A DNA stretch of 64,000 bases from Octopus bimaculoides (GCF_001194135.2 NC_068995.1:57994827-58058826), one strand, 5' to 3'; shown: positions 38,262 to 51,951, counted from the stretch's first letter. Program-made: numbers and translations. Notes: generated by a model not told the origin, from the letters alone.

Positions 38262-39350
38262 GATGTCATCAGATGGTACCCAATGATCATCAAATGTTTT
38301 GACCCTGAACCATAACACCCTCCCATTGGCGGGTCAGCACAGGTGGCCAAATCACTGCTTTTCATCTCCTTCTGGCTTCCAGCTTAACTCCTCTCACTTG
38401 CTCCATAACCAACAAGAGGTTTGTTCAGCTGCCTCTCCCATCCTGCACACAGCCACCCTTCACTCCTTCTCATTCCATGGCTGTAAGCATCTTCCACACT
38501 GACTGGGCAGGGAACCCCTTAAAGCCAACCTCAATTGGAAAAAGCCATAACTGCCATCCCTTCTCCCTGCAATCCAGTGGAAGGTTCTCATACCTGGCAT
38601 GCTTCAATTTCTAGGCCTGATCACACCCTTCTTCCCACAGGACTGTAAGCTCAATCAAGATTATCTTCTTGATCTATATAGACCACAGAACCACTTCTGG
38701 TCTCAGGGTTGTATGGACAACCTGGGGAAACTTCAGTCTCTCCCCCAGGTTCACTTTCATATTCCATGATTGGGATTCAGGTAGTAAGTGGGGATTTTTT
38801 TTCTTTTTTTTTTTTTTTTTTTTTTTTTTTTGTGTTTATTGCTGTCCTCACTGGCTTTTCTCCTTTCACAAACTTAATTGCTGCTGTTGGTTTCCTCTTC
38901 TGATGTTTCTTGAACCTTTTTTGTTCCAGGATGTGAGTGCTGCAAGCACCTTGTCATGGCACCACTTGTATCTTCCTTGAGTAAGTGCTATTTTGTACCT
39001 GGTCTTCCTTCAAACCCCATCTGTGCAGGTTTGTTGGTGTTGGGACTGCCCACAGCAGGAAAGAGATATGTAAAAAATTCCAGTCTCCAGAGGTACGTCC
39101 ATGTGACCTTCATCTTGGAGAGTCCCCATTTAATCCAGGCAGCCTGAGATGCCAGCTTCACAGTTCTTTACATTATTTCTTCCTCCTGGTTCTGCAATTC
39201 TGCCTGGTTCACGGCCCACCTTTCTTCCATCTTTGGAAATGGGAAGAACTAAGACTCTGCCAACCTTTGCATGTAACTCCAATGATTTTGTGTAGCTCCA
39301 GCATGCTGTGGTGCTGGCTACCCACTTTCACATGGACCTTGTTATAATAC
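38262..39350 (-). mobile_element. HERO-like (R2-group, restriction-like endonuclease) non-LTR retrotransposon 3' portion
   Basis: Minus strand with frameshifts: SQAAWIKW...KVTWTYLW, PTPTNLHRWGL, ALTQGRYKWCHDKVL, TTLRPEVVLWS, IELTVLWEE, EVGFKGFPAQS. Confidence 0.85.
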
Positions 39351-41471
39351 CTGCATATCTAATAAGCTCATCCTAGATACAGTCAGAATCACAGTTGCAA
39401 ACATAGCAACTTTACAGAAAGAAATACTAGTAGTGTCACAGCTGGCTGCCAGTCTAAAGAGGTTATGTTTATTTAGGTAACACAGTTTTTTCAGATAGTT
39501 AATTGCTTGCCTATATCATTAATAATTGAAAACTGTTAGTGATGACAATACATAGACTAAAACGAACATATTTCACAAATGAAGTTCTTTGTATACAGTA
39601 TTCAAACTTGCTCACCATTCATTTAGGCTAAATATCACGTACATTGGATGCTAAAAAGGTTTTATGGTTGGGGATTGGTCAGAGAGACAGGAGAGACATT
39701 TTGCCTCAACATAACCTTAATTAAGGAGACTAGGAATTCAATGTTTTTAAACATACTATGAGTTCAAAACTTTACAAAAGATTGTGTTGTTCACCTTAAA
39801 CAAGACATTTTCTTTAATCTTCCCAGTGAAAAAGCACACCACTATATTAGAGTTGAATAACAAAAAAATAAAGCAGATATCTTATACAGTAATGCCCAAA
39901 CCTGCAACACATTTTATTATCCTATATATGTAAAAAATAGCATGTATAAAATAGCATGTATTTTTGTGTATAAAAAAAGGTGGAGTGGAGAGCATGCGCA
40001 CACACACAAAATCATACCACGGATCATTTACAGGCAAAAATGACACACAAATACACAGCAATTTCTTAAAACATATTATCAATTTCAATTGTAACATTTA
40101 ATTTATTTTTGTATCTGATATAATCAAAATTAAAATGACTTCAAAGCAATAGTTTCTGCTACATAGTAATAGTGTTTCTTTGTTTCTTTTTCATATACAA
40201 CAGTCTTTTTGATAAAACATTCATTGGCAGAGGTATTTCCATTTTCACAAGAATCAACTTTTACAATCACTCAACTTTTGTAGCATCTCAACTTGATTTC
40301 AATGTGTCAGTATTTATTTAAACTGAGAGAATCCTGTCCTATGAACAAACCAAATGATACATGCAGAAGGAAATTAAAACATAATCAAGCTTCCTATCCC
40401 TCTAAAGTGATTTTGTTACTTAATTAGCTGTTTCTTATAAAATGAATAAAGCAAAATGTTGCTGCTGCTGCTGCTGCTGCTGCTACATTAAGGGAAATTT
40501 TGAACAGAACTGTTTACTGCAAGAGAGAAGAACAGAGTGAAATAGAAGAAAGAAAGAGGGAGGGGAGGAGCAATGGATTGTCTTCTTTTACTGATTCTAC
40601 AGAATCAGATGCAGACATGGCTGTGTGGTAAAAAGTTTGCATCCTAACCACAGGTTTTGAGGTTCAGTCTTGACATGTGTATATAGCCTTGGGCCATGAG
40701 TGTAAGAATGCTGTCATAAATGTGTGTGTTCTTCCTTGGCATCATTTGGACTCCTCTGGAACTGGCAGAGTATCTGTAGTGGCTTTTTTAAAAGGACAGT
40801 AAACCGATAGAACCAGGAGAGTATCAATTAAATGTTTCTTATTGCTAACCTTTTCAGCATCACTATTGGTTTTGTGTACATTTTCATTAGACTGAGTTGG
40901 TTGAGTCTGCAAAACAACCAGCTTCTGTCATCTCTACATTGTTTAGCCCCTATTTTTTGGAATTAGAATGTCATTAGGGTTATTTCTTTCATCATCAATC
41001 TGAGGTTAATTAATAGAAGTAGGAAGTTTGTCAAATCCATTAGCAACATCCATCTTCCATAAATTCATGTCTTGGACCGAAGTAAGAAATCAGTAATAAT
41101 AATAGTTCTTAAGCCAGCCTATCAATGTCAGTTTACATTTGGAGAACAAGTTCAATAAGATTACTTTTGTGTTAAAATTGAAATATAAATAATTCTATTA
41201 CTAATTCTGGTCAATAGAATCATATTTGAAAATTTTCATTAATAGCTTTCAAAAGCTGGGAAATTTAAAATATCTATTAGATGGTCACTTTTTAATAACC
41301 TTATGAAAGTAAGATCTATCCCAAATAGCAACCAAAATTTCTTCCAGCATATCAATTATTAAATGAAGATCAATGAAAATAATATACAATACAATAATAA
41401 AATAATATACAATAAAACAATAATCAATAATCTGAGCACAACATTTCTAATTAAAGACTAGCACAGATTAC

Positions 41472-41510
<39 letters not shown>

Positions 41511-41883
41511 GTTAAATAATTAAAGATTTGTTCAGTATGTATAAGAAAACATGTCTAAATGTATCATTAGTAGATGGGGTTGCAATACAGCATCTTCTCA
41601 TATGTCCTGGCCATCTCTTTGCAGTATTTAGTCTATGATCTGAACTCAAATCACATTATAGACAATACTTTAGTTAGTTTTCTGATGTCAACCACTCGGA
41701 ATATTGCAAAAGAGGCTCTGTACACAATGCATGACAGAGTCAAGTCAAGCAAGATCGTCAAAACAAGGAGGTATGACAGATCAGCGACTGTTGAACTTCA
41801 CAGGTAATAGCACAATAGCGGGACCCATGAGAGTTGGTTCTAATAAGGTTAAAAGCCCAGCTAATAAATATCAACAAGATGAG

Positions 41884-42230
41884 CACAGGCATGGCTGTGT
41901 TAAGAAGCTCACTTTGCAAACCATGTCGTTTCAGGTTCAATCCCTTTGCACAAAACTTTGGGGAAATGTCTTCTACTAAAGGCCCAGGCAAATGCTTTGT
42001 GAGCAGATTCGGTAGATGGAAACTGTATGGAAGCCTGTAGTGTATATATGTGCGTGTTTATGTCTTGACAATCAGTGTTGGTTTGTTTATGTCCCAAAAC
42101 CTTAGTGGATTAGTAAAAGACACTAATAGAATAAGTACCAGATTAAAAAAAAAGTATTGAGGTTGATTTGCTTGACTAAAATTCTTTAAGGTAGTACCCC
42201 ACTATGGATGAAATCCAATGACCAAAACAC
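41884..42230 (+). mobile_element. CORE-like SINE family B, full length, diverged
   Basis: TGGCTGTGTTAAG (A box), GGTTCAATCCC (B box), CTTTGGGGAAATGTCTTCTAC, GGTAGATGGAAACTG and tail GACCAAAAC. Confidence 0.85.
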
Positions 42231-43637
42231 ACACACGAAAGAAATTATGGATGGCAACAAATATCAAGATTCATCTATTACAATGCACAGACATAAAGCC
42301 TGGAATTTATAGATTGCAGTGGGGTTGGAGAATTTGTTTAACTAATTACACCAAAATATATTTATTTATGCCGACATTACTCCACTTGATTTGAAAGGAA
42401 AGAAAATCATAGATTCTTTGAATTCAAAAAGTTTATTGAATCTATTTATATGGATAATACAGTAATATATATATAAAGTATAAAACAAATGCAATAAAAT
42501 AAATTAATATCCTCATTATGAAACAAAAGGATTTTTCTAGAAACTTTTCACTTCAGGTTTTGGGAAAGTGATATGGCTTCATTTTTGTTACAATTACATC
42601 AAAATTGGGTGATTTGATGTCAAAACTATTTGGATACAGTCTTCAGGGTTCAATCGATTACTATGCTTTGTTTTTATGTTCATTAGAGTGGAAAATTCTT
42701 GTTTGCAAAGGTAAGCTATTGCAAAAAGCAGCAACTTTTTGACTGTCTCCTCCTCATGCCAGAAGAAAAATTTTGGTCACAACAAATATTGTCATCATTT
42801 AATGTCCATCTTCCATACATGCATGGGCAGGACGGTTGATAGAATTTAATTTTTACCAAATTGGGGTAATCTACCCCAGATTGCCAACCCCTAGGTTACA
42901 GAGAATGAGAAGCTGTTGAAGTCATACTCTTTTCCCAAGAACACAAAAGAAATAGTTCACACTAAAACAGAAAATCTGACAAAATTGGTTCAATCGTGAA
43001 CTTGCCAATGTACAAATGAGACCAGCATATCCCTCCTACCTTTAGGAGCATTTGTGGTTTACATCTGACAGAGAAACTTTCCCTATATTATCTACTAGAA
43101 ATAGTTTATATCTCCTCTATCTTTGAGAAACATTGATGCTGCCTCTGATAACATAACTTTCTGTCAGCATTAAAAAAAAAAATTGTTGTATGACGTGTAG
43201 GTAAAACAAACAAACAAAAAATACTGCTGCAAGTGTAGTATGACTATATCAACTACTATCACCGTTGTCATGATGACCGTGATTGTAACCACCACTAATA
43301 AATCATCACAGTTTTTACTCCCAGTACAATATTACATGTTATTTATTCCTCTCCTGTCAAAAAGAAGAAGAAAAACAGTTAAGATTTATTATCCTTATTA
43401 CTTAGTTCTGAATGAATGGACCAACCAGAAACACAAAATTATAGTAGTAGACTTTACATTGTGGTAAAAACAGAATAAGAAATAAATATTTACTGAAAAT
43501 TAGATCCACTAAAAAATGATTAGCTGTCTTTTTACAACATACCTACCTAACTCGAAGAGTGCTTACAGAAAAAAAAGAAATATAAATACACACAGGTACA
43601 CACATACCCAAACACTTCCATTCACACACACACACAC

Positions 43638-43675
<38 letters not shown>

Positions 43676-43845
43676 CACATGCATGCAACACACGCACGCA
43701 CATAACACACACACACACACACACAATTCTGACTTAATTTTTAATACCACTTCAGAACTGTTAGAATTACCATTATGTAATGTATAACAGAAGGAAGGAA
43801 AAATTTGAATTAAGAAAAGGTAAGAGAGAGAGCATGTGAGTGTGA

Positions 43846-43889
<44 letters not shown>

Positions 43890-44044
43890 GAGACAGACAG
43901 AGAATGAGTAGGCATTCTTCTGATAACCTTCTCAATATCACCTGTGTAGCAAATATGGTTTGCAGAAATTCATCTCTTTCCTCTACCTATACACAAAGAA
44001 TCACTACAACAATATGAGTTTCTCTCACTGCCCAGGTTCACCTA

Positions 44045-44915
44045 CAAGGTGACATCAAAAAGATTTCGGACAAGTTCTGTATTGCGCCAACAGATGGCAG
44101 CACACATATGTGTGCGCAGTTAGAACTAGCAGTGACTTTCATGAAGCACTATGCTGAGTGACATTGCTGTGTTTATTTCACAAATTGTCAAATTTGTTTT
44201 TTTTTGTGATCATGTGTATGCTGTAGTCTGCAACTTTCTCATGGACTGGAACAAAGAGCCAATGTGAAATTTGGTGTTAAACTTGAGAAGTTTGCTGCTG
44301 CAGAAACACTGAGCATGCTTTGGCAAGTTTATGTCAATGAGGCAATGGGTCGTAGTACGCAATGTTTCAAGTGGCATGGGTGTTTCAAAAGCGGAAAAAC
44401 GTCCCAGGAAAACAATGAAGCATATGGAAGACCTACCACAAGTGTCACCCAAGAAATGTGGTACTGTGCATCAAGAATTCATCCCCAAGAAGCAAACCGT
44501 CAATTGAGAGTTCTTCTGCATCATTTTGAAACGTTTGAGGGAAGACATTCAGTGAAAGGGACTGGATCTGTGGAATGCAAAGAATTGGGCTCTTCACGAT
44601 GACAACCATGCACCCTGTCACCGAGCTCTCCTCACTCGTGAGCCAAGAACAATATGGCACCACTTCTGCATCCACCCTATTCACCAGATTTATCACCTGC
44701 AGACTTCCATCTCTTCCCCAAGATGAAAATGTAGCTCAAAGGTCACCATTTTAACACCACTGTCAAGATCTAGAGCGAATTGCAGAACGGCCTCAACTTG
44801 CTTACAGAAAACGACTTCCAGGAAGGATTCCAAAAGTGGCAGGAATACTGGGGCCGGTACATTGTTGCGCAAGGTAACTATTTCAAAGGAGATGATGTTA
44901 AAACTGAGGTAAATA
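44045..44915 (+). mobile_element. Internally deleted mariner transposon (left TIR present, right TIR lost)
   Basis: TA|CAAGGTGACATCAAAAAGATTTCGGAC left end. N-terminal KFGVKLEK...QCFKWH...FKSG...GRPTTS, then HDDNHAPCH and HPPYSPDLSPADFHLFPKMK; the WVPH/first catalytic D region is deleted. Confidence 0.93.
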
Positions 44916-44917
44916 AG

Positions 44918-45150
44918 TGGCAACTATATCCAGCCTTCGGTGCTCTAACACCATGTCTGTCTGGAAGTCAAAGTCCCAGAGGATCTTTGCTTTCTCATTT
45001 TTGTCCAATACCTTTCCAGTGTATGTTGATACCAAGTACCTACTACCTCATCATATCCATACTTCCAGCAGAGCAGCCAGTGAAGGTTTGGGGCTACCTT
45101 GTCGTGTTTGCGCTTGTACTCTTCCTGCACAAGACTTTCACAAGCACTTA
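44918..45150 (-). mobile_element. R4/Dong-like LINE fragment (RLE domain)
   Basis: SACESLVQEEYKRKHDKVAPNLHW...WYQH plus frameshifted KILWDFDFQTDMVLEHRRLDIV, matching the R4/Dong KxRHD...WDFxxQTD...RRPDIV pattern. Confidence 0.8.
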
Positions 45151-47319
45151 TTAATATTATTACGGCAGAATCATTTTAAGGTTGAGGAAATAAGCAGATA
45201 TGACATCATCATCACCTTGAGTCATCTTCAACATTTTCCTTTCACCTCCTAAATTCAGCTGTCCATTTTTGCACTGTTGATAAAGCTGGAGCATTATCCT
45301 CTAATGTAGCAACCATGTCAACATGGTTGACCCTTTTCTGCAGGTACTTGATAACATCACGATGGTAAACTTTGTCTATTTTCAAGAAAAGTCACAACTA
45401 ATTACTTTTGAACAGTCAGATGTCAGTTGGCAAAAAACAGTGCATATTAATGAGAAGAGTTGAAATTAATGCACACAAGATTTCACAGCTCTAGCATCAC
45501 TCCTTCATAGTCAGCCTATGAAATTTTTAGCCTACCTTTGTATTTAAGTTGCTCTGTCGTTGTGTTTTTTTTTTATCTCTATTTGTCATTTACCCATTAT
45601 TTGTAAATTCAATCTACTCTAAAAAAAACTTCTATGCAATCGATAATTTTGATCCTTATCATATATAAACAACAATTACCTAAATGTTTTAACAATTTTT
45701 TCTTTTTTTTAAGTTGATTCGTTTGGCTAAAACCTCACTCTCAACCAACACTAGATGCAAGAAAGCTATTCAATATCCCAGTGTTTATCTACTTGGTGAA
45801 GATGAAACAAACTATCTAGCTCTTACAGTATCTTCAGTCAGAAAATCATAAGGCATTAACTTGTTTACAATCTGTAATTTCAAAGATTTCAAAAGCTAAC
45901 CATTCTTGTATCTCACCTTCAGGAAACCTTTCTTCCAAGTGAACAGAAAGACAATTTTTAAGAGTTAACAGCAAATATATCTAGTGTTACATTTTACTCT
46001 CATGACTTAGCATATCTAAATTTGTCACTTCATAAAACGTTATTCCCTAGATACTTATTAACTTTGTGTCATGCAAAATGGAACGGATCAATTATGGTGA
46101 AGCCACTATTCTGTAAAATACCACACAATGCAGCAGATTCTTCATGAACATTGCTTAAAATCTGTAAAGTTACTTTGCATATGATGTTCATCTATTTTCT
46201 TGACAATTTTTTACCACAAAGTCATTTGACTATTTTTTTTCCAAGTTATATACTCAGTGCCTCATGTGATTTTCATTACAGCTTGCAATGTGAAATGTTT
46301 AGATAATCAACAGGCTTAATTAATGGTCTGAAAGTAACAACTTCAATTTCAAAGGCCTCTGCAATTTCTATAAACTTGCATCTTTTACTGGTAGATTGAG
46401 AAGACAACACAAATTGTTCTCACTAAAGTTTCAGTATCTCTTATTTAACTTTTTCCCATGCATCACAAATCCTCAGTTCTTCACGGTATAGTGCTGCTGA
46501 ACTAAGTTGGAATGCCTGCTTTATTTAGTCTTGCTGCAAAACCATTAGCTCTAGACAATATTACCCGTGTGCTGCTATTGGGCATAAACATCACTATTTC
46601 ATAGACTGTAAGTTTCTTCTTTTCATAAAACTGCTTAATCGTAGAAATAATAGAAGCAGCATTGCACACCTGCTGCTGCTTTGTTCTGCAAAAAACTGTT
46701 TTATACACTGTACAATCTTTAGAACAGAAAATGAAGAATACAATGAAGCATTTGTTGACAGATATGTCTATAGTTTCATCAACTATTTAACATGAAAATC
46801 TGATGTGATTTTTGCAAATATCTTTCTGAACAATATAGCTTATAGTCTCTAAAAATTCAGACACAAAATAGTTGCTTTGCCAGCTTTTAGGGAACTGAAC
46901 CTAAGTCAAATTTCCAATATTGTGCTACTACTTTCCACTAGCAAATTCTCTCGCAATGTTCAAAACATGGTAATACAAACACGTAACTCCAGCTTACAAA
47001 TCATACATAAATATTTCTCCCAGAGCTTTTCAGTGCAGCAATTTCTATTATTTTGTTAAACCATCCAACTTTAAACACCCTTGCAGTTCTTTTGTGCTTC
47101 ATACCCATTACATCTTATGACTTTAATGTAGTGAGTCAATATTTTTTTTCAATAAAATCTCAATAAACTACAAAATTTGAAATAGATCTATGTAAGCTTT
47201 ATGATATGAACATTGTCCACCTAACATAAGAAGTAAGAAGTGTGCAAATGTTGTATCTGAAAAAATAAACCCAACTAACTACTTAGTAGAAATGGATAGC
47301 TAAGTGCCGATATCTAATT

Positions 47320-47785
47320 GTGGAGGAAATGTATAGACGGATTAGACAAGGAAGATGTGAGAAAGGATCTTCAGACAATGGGCCTTACAGTGGAGATGGT
47401 GAGGGTCTGAGACTTCTATGGTTTGCTATACTTGAGAAGACACATCAAGCTGGCTGTCCGTGCATACAGGCATCTCCTCAACATCCTTCTCTTGGTCGAG
47501 AATAGTCTTGCAGGCTCGTGCGTGCTGGTGCCATGTAAAAGCACCCACATAAAAGGGCTCGTGCCAGTGTTATGTGAAAGGGAGCGAGCTAGTGTGCCAT
47601 ATAAAAGCACCCGGTTCACACTGTGTAAAGTGGTTGGCAATAGGAACGGCATCCAGCCATAAAAACCATGTCAAAGCAGACAAATGGAGCCTGGGCAGCT
47701 CTCCAGCTTGGCCAACTCCTGTCAAACAATCCAACCCATGCCAGCATGGAGAACGGATGCTAAATAATGATGACGATGATGATGT
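47320..47785 (+). mobile_element. 5'-truncated RTE LINE (older subfamily)
   Basis: EDVRKDLQTMGLT-like RT end, GTGCC-A-TAAAAGCACC repeats and tail CAACCCATGCCAGCATGGAGAACGGATGCTAAAT(GAT)n. Confidence 0.8.
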
Positions 47786-49889
47786 TCACTACAATATTTT
47801 AGGAAACTAAACCTTTTGTATAGAGACTAATTTCTTTTGTGTGCTGGTTATAAAATGTGCCAGCATGGACACTGAAAGAGAAAAGTAAAAAATTTTTCTC
47901 CAATAATTTCTGCAAAAGTCCAAATTAAAATAAATAAATAAAAAAAACCCTACTTTTGCAAAAATTAAGAAATATGGATATGAAATAATATGTGTCATTT
48001 CTAAACATCATAAAATGTTCTACAGGGAAACAGTACAAAAGTCAACATGACTACAGCCTATGAACTTATTTAGTAACAGACAGCAGGAAATTAGAAATCT
48101 AGGAATCAGCCCTGTTCAAAATAAAGAGAGGGAGTTGATTAAGATTTCAATGTTATTCAGTACAAGCATGGTACAAGATATGCAATATGATTTCTATTAG
48201 AATGACAGAGAACCAATCTTTAGTTGCACTTGATGTATAGCAAAAGCAGCCGTGAAATATACTCTATGATCTTATGAAATGGGTGATGGGAGTTCTTGCT
48301 TAAGTAAATTGAATGCAATTGAAGGCATAGTGAAAGTCTAGTACCTAAAGACAAATAACAATAGAAGTTTTGAAAGTTAATCACTGTTAACAACAATGAC
48401 TCTTCCAGCTTTCTCTCCGCCAGCAAAATGCAGATTGCATGAAGCTTGCAACAAGAGCTTTGAATACAGATGAGTTTAATAAGAGGCCAGAGAGAAATTC
48501 AGTGATTGAGACATCATTGATATGCAACATTAATTTGCATGGAAGGTAGAAATCAAGTGAGAAAAGATTATAGAAGTGACTTTGTATTAAAGTGGTATTA
48601 GCAAATGTATAAAGGGTAGGTTGCAGTGTTGGTATGGACAAGTTGTTAGATGTTGTTCAAAAACATGCCTAATCAAGCATGCTTATGATCAAAAACATTC
48701 ACATCATGATGATCTTGGAGGTTCGGGCTATTTTTTTACATATATATATAGTGTAACTAGGACTATGTGTGTACCTCCTTCATCTAAGAGCATAAGGTGT
48801 GATAGCAAGGAGATTTGGCAGCTATTTTTAGCAAATCAAGCAACCTTCAGAGAGGCTCCTTCACGGATTCATTATGTAATGCTTATAGATAGCACTGGAT
48901 AAAAAAAAATATTCTATCCTGATCATGATAGATTTTGTGGGGTCAGATCTTAGATGTTGAATCTCATAGATGGAATGACACAGTCTTGAAAAATAATGAG
49001 CTGTAATATTGCAGATGTATATAACCCAAACTAAGATAGACAAAGAGCTGTTAAAATAATGTTTATCTCTAAATATATTTTGCTATCAGTATAAATCAAT
49101 ATTTTCCAAGTGAATAATCTAAGCTATGGGATTAAATACTGAAGTGATATGGGCAGTTATATTCAAGGATAGATTAAATATGTAGTTTGCATAAAAGTGC
49201 ACAAGATTTTACTAATATATATCATAATCCTCATCATTTGACATGTTCTCCATGCTGACATAGCACAAATGGTTTGACATGAGCTAGCAAATCAAAAGAC
49301 AGCACCAAGCTCTACTGTTTACTTTGACATGGTTTCTATGGCTGGAAGCCTTTCCTAATGCCAACCACTTTCAAACGTTGCTGAGTAAAGCAGCAGTGAC
49401 TAAAGACACTTTGAAAATGCAATATGGCTGTAGTCAGTAAGTTGCAAAGTGACAAGATGTAATGGTCTTTGCTGAGGCAGATTTCTATGGTCAGATGGCC
49501 TTTCTGTCGCTAAGTGTCACCTGTTTCCAAATAAAGTAATACTTCCTCATGGACAGACATATTTTGGAAAGGATGGACACTGTGTATGTAATGGGACATT
49601 GCATATGCGCTTGTTTACAACTATCAAGAAATATCAAGACAAGGAGACACAGACACACAAACATACAAAGACATGACAGACTTCTTTCAGTTTTTGTCTA
49701 TGACATTTACTTGCCAGGCCTTGGTCAACCTGAGGCTAGATGACACTGGATGTACTACCCAAGAGTGTAAAAATGTCATGGATGACAGAGGAATGGAAGA
49801 TGCTTGTCAGGAATGCCAAGAAATTCCTTGATCCTAATGTGTGTGTGTGTGTGTGTGTGTGTGTGTCTGTCTGTGTGTGTGTGCATGTG

Positions 49890-49922
<33 letters not shown>

Positions 49923-49967
49923 TGGGGCAGCTTTGAGTTAAGGAAAAAGAAAGGAATTTGGGTATAG

Positions 49968-50013
49968 TTCCTCTGATGAGTAGCCAATAAAATTCAAAAC
50001 AGTCCATCAGGAA
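49968..50013 (+). ncRNA. Degenerate minimal type-I hammerhead ribozyme motif
   Basis: TTCCT-CTGATGA-G...C-AAAA(GAAA)-C-AGTCC-ATC|AGGAA. Stem I TTCCT pairs with AGGAA; the two core deviations are CpG-type G-to-A changes; stem II is poorly paired. Confidence 0.45.
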
Positions 50014-51295
50014 TCTCTCCACTTTTTCTGTTTTTAAGCACTTAAAAAAGTGTAATGTGTGTGTTACCAATCTTATAATTTCATCTCACAATTAAGGCTT
50101 TCAAATATTTAAATTTATTTTCAGTTCTTTTCAGATTTACATTGAACTGTTGTGCATAAAATATGTTGTTAATGATGAGCTAGCCTCAAGCAGATATATA
50201 ATATATTCAAATTAAGCTTTCCACTACTGTGGCAACTAAAATTCTGTGTGTTTCTGAGCTTTTGATTGGGGAAAGAAAGAAAAATTGAGTACAGTTCTTC
50301 TAATGGACAATCAATATACTGCAAAACAATCTGTCAGAAACCTTCCCCCAACACTGAAATGAATAGAATGAATGTTTATATTCTTTTAATTTCAACTCTC
50401 AGTTAAAGTTTTCAACAAATGTTCTAAATGTATTTTTAGTCCTTCTGATTCATACGGTGCCGTCAGGCTAAACCACACAGACACACACAGAACAGGGAGC
50501 TCAATACAGATCTGTAAAAATTCCCAAAACAAATATTCAGTATATAATAGTGGTATACTGACTGGTTAAGAGCATTACTGCCATTAATTTAGGAATAAAA
50601 AACAATCCAAGTTTGACTTCTGTCTGGTACTATGTGCATAATCAGGAACAAGATATTTGATAATGATCACTGACCAAACTAATTGAAACATTGTGTAAAT
50701 ATTTGAACAAATGTTCCCTCTCTGAAGATGAGGTTAATAATCCAAAAAGTTTGATAACTGCATTAATAATAATTTATCTCAGACATTTATATAAATGTAT
50801 AAAGTAAATAATACACACACATATTAGAAAGAGAGAGAATGATGAACAATAGCACAAGAGTAATCAATTAAAAGAAAAACAGCCTAATTTAGAAACACTT
50901 TCCCCAAGAAACTGGGCAAAAATCTAATTATTGTAGTGATATGAGAACATTCCAACACAGTGAAGGTGTAGATATTTCCAATCTATTTATGAACAGCTGT
51001 TCTGAAAGCTTATGTTCCAATAAACCTCTCCAATGTTAGGTGAATGCCTGAGTCCCAGATTTCCAGATAAAGAATTTCCTATTACAAGCATAAAACTAAC
51101 ATTGTGAGGAATAAATATTTCAAAGGTAATTTTTTTTTTTACTTCTTTTCTGTCTAAATGAAAATGCTCATCATATTCACAGAGGTAAAAGAATAAGTGA
51201 AAACCAAAAAGCTAAAATCATAGAGAAAGGATATATTTTTGTCTTATGTCTATTTTCCATGCTAGAATGAGTTAGACACTGAAATATTTTTGCAC

Positions 51296-51326
<31 letters not shown>

Positions 51327-51654
51327 GTTAATATTTTATGCTTCCAATATTTTAGAAGATACATTCTGATTTAAAGGTAAAGTAATAGCAATCACAGGAC
51401 AAATAAATCAAAGAATGGGGGTATGTTACATGGTATTAGCACCAACTTTATACATAGTTTACAAGAAGGAAGTACTTCTCTACCTACTTTCATTGCAGAA
51501 CAAAAATAGATCTGTTCTGGAACCAAAATAACCCTGAATGGGTATGGAGTAATCACCAATAATTTAACATTCATGTAATGTCTATGTAACAGAAAAACAG
51601 AAAGTCATTCAAGTGGAGGCCATCCCATTCCTAGGTATTGTCTATGGTCTAAAA

Positions 51655-51951
51655 CAGGGGTTTTCAAACTTTTTGACTTGCGGACCCCTTTATATTTCAG
51701 GCTTTACCTTAGGGACCCCCTTATAAACGCTTATGAAATTTATACATAAACATTTGCTTAAAATAGCTTATATTTTTACATTTATTTATTTAACAGTATT
51801 TAACAAATAGGTTTATTGTCAATTAAAAGATTTCGATTAAAAAACATATACAAAATCAAATTGCCCATAAAAAGCATTTGCTGTCTATGGACCCCCTGTC
51901 TTGTCCTTGAGGACCCCCTGTGGTCCGCGGACCACAGTTTGAAAACCTCTG
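51655..51951. mobile_element. Intact 297-bp hAT (Charlie-type) MITE
   Basis: TIRs CAGGGGTTTTCAAACT / AGTTTGAAAACCTCTG. Perfect 8-bp TSD GTCTAAAA at 51647-51654 and 51952-51959. Repeated GGACCCC subterminal motifs. Confidence 0.95.

Noticed and set aside
41574-41807. Plus-strand exon ending CACAG|GTAATA
   Set aside because: Good donor but ambiguous acceptor and two alternative open frames with no recognisable product; not supportable without transcript data.
46300-46708. Minus-strand ORF VFCRTKQQQ...AARLNKAGIPT as a helicase, eIF2B or mariner fragment
   Set aside because: Only vague similarity, no convincing splice sites, and stops in neighbouring frames; left unassigned.
13205-50070. ORFs with poly-M/D/H, YI, CV, TH or ER/SL repeats
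   Set aside because: These are translations of microsatellites.
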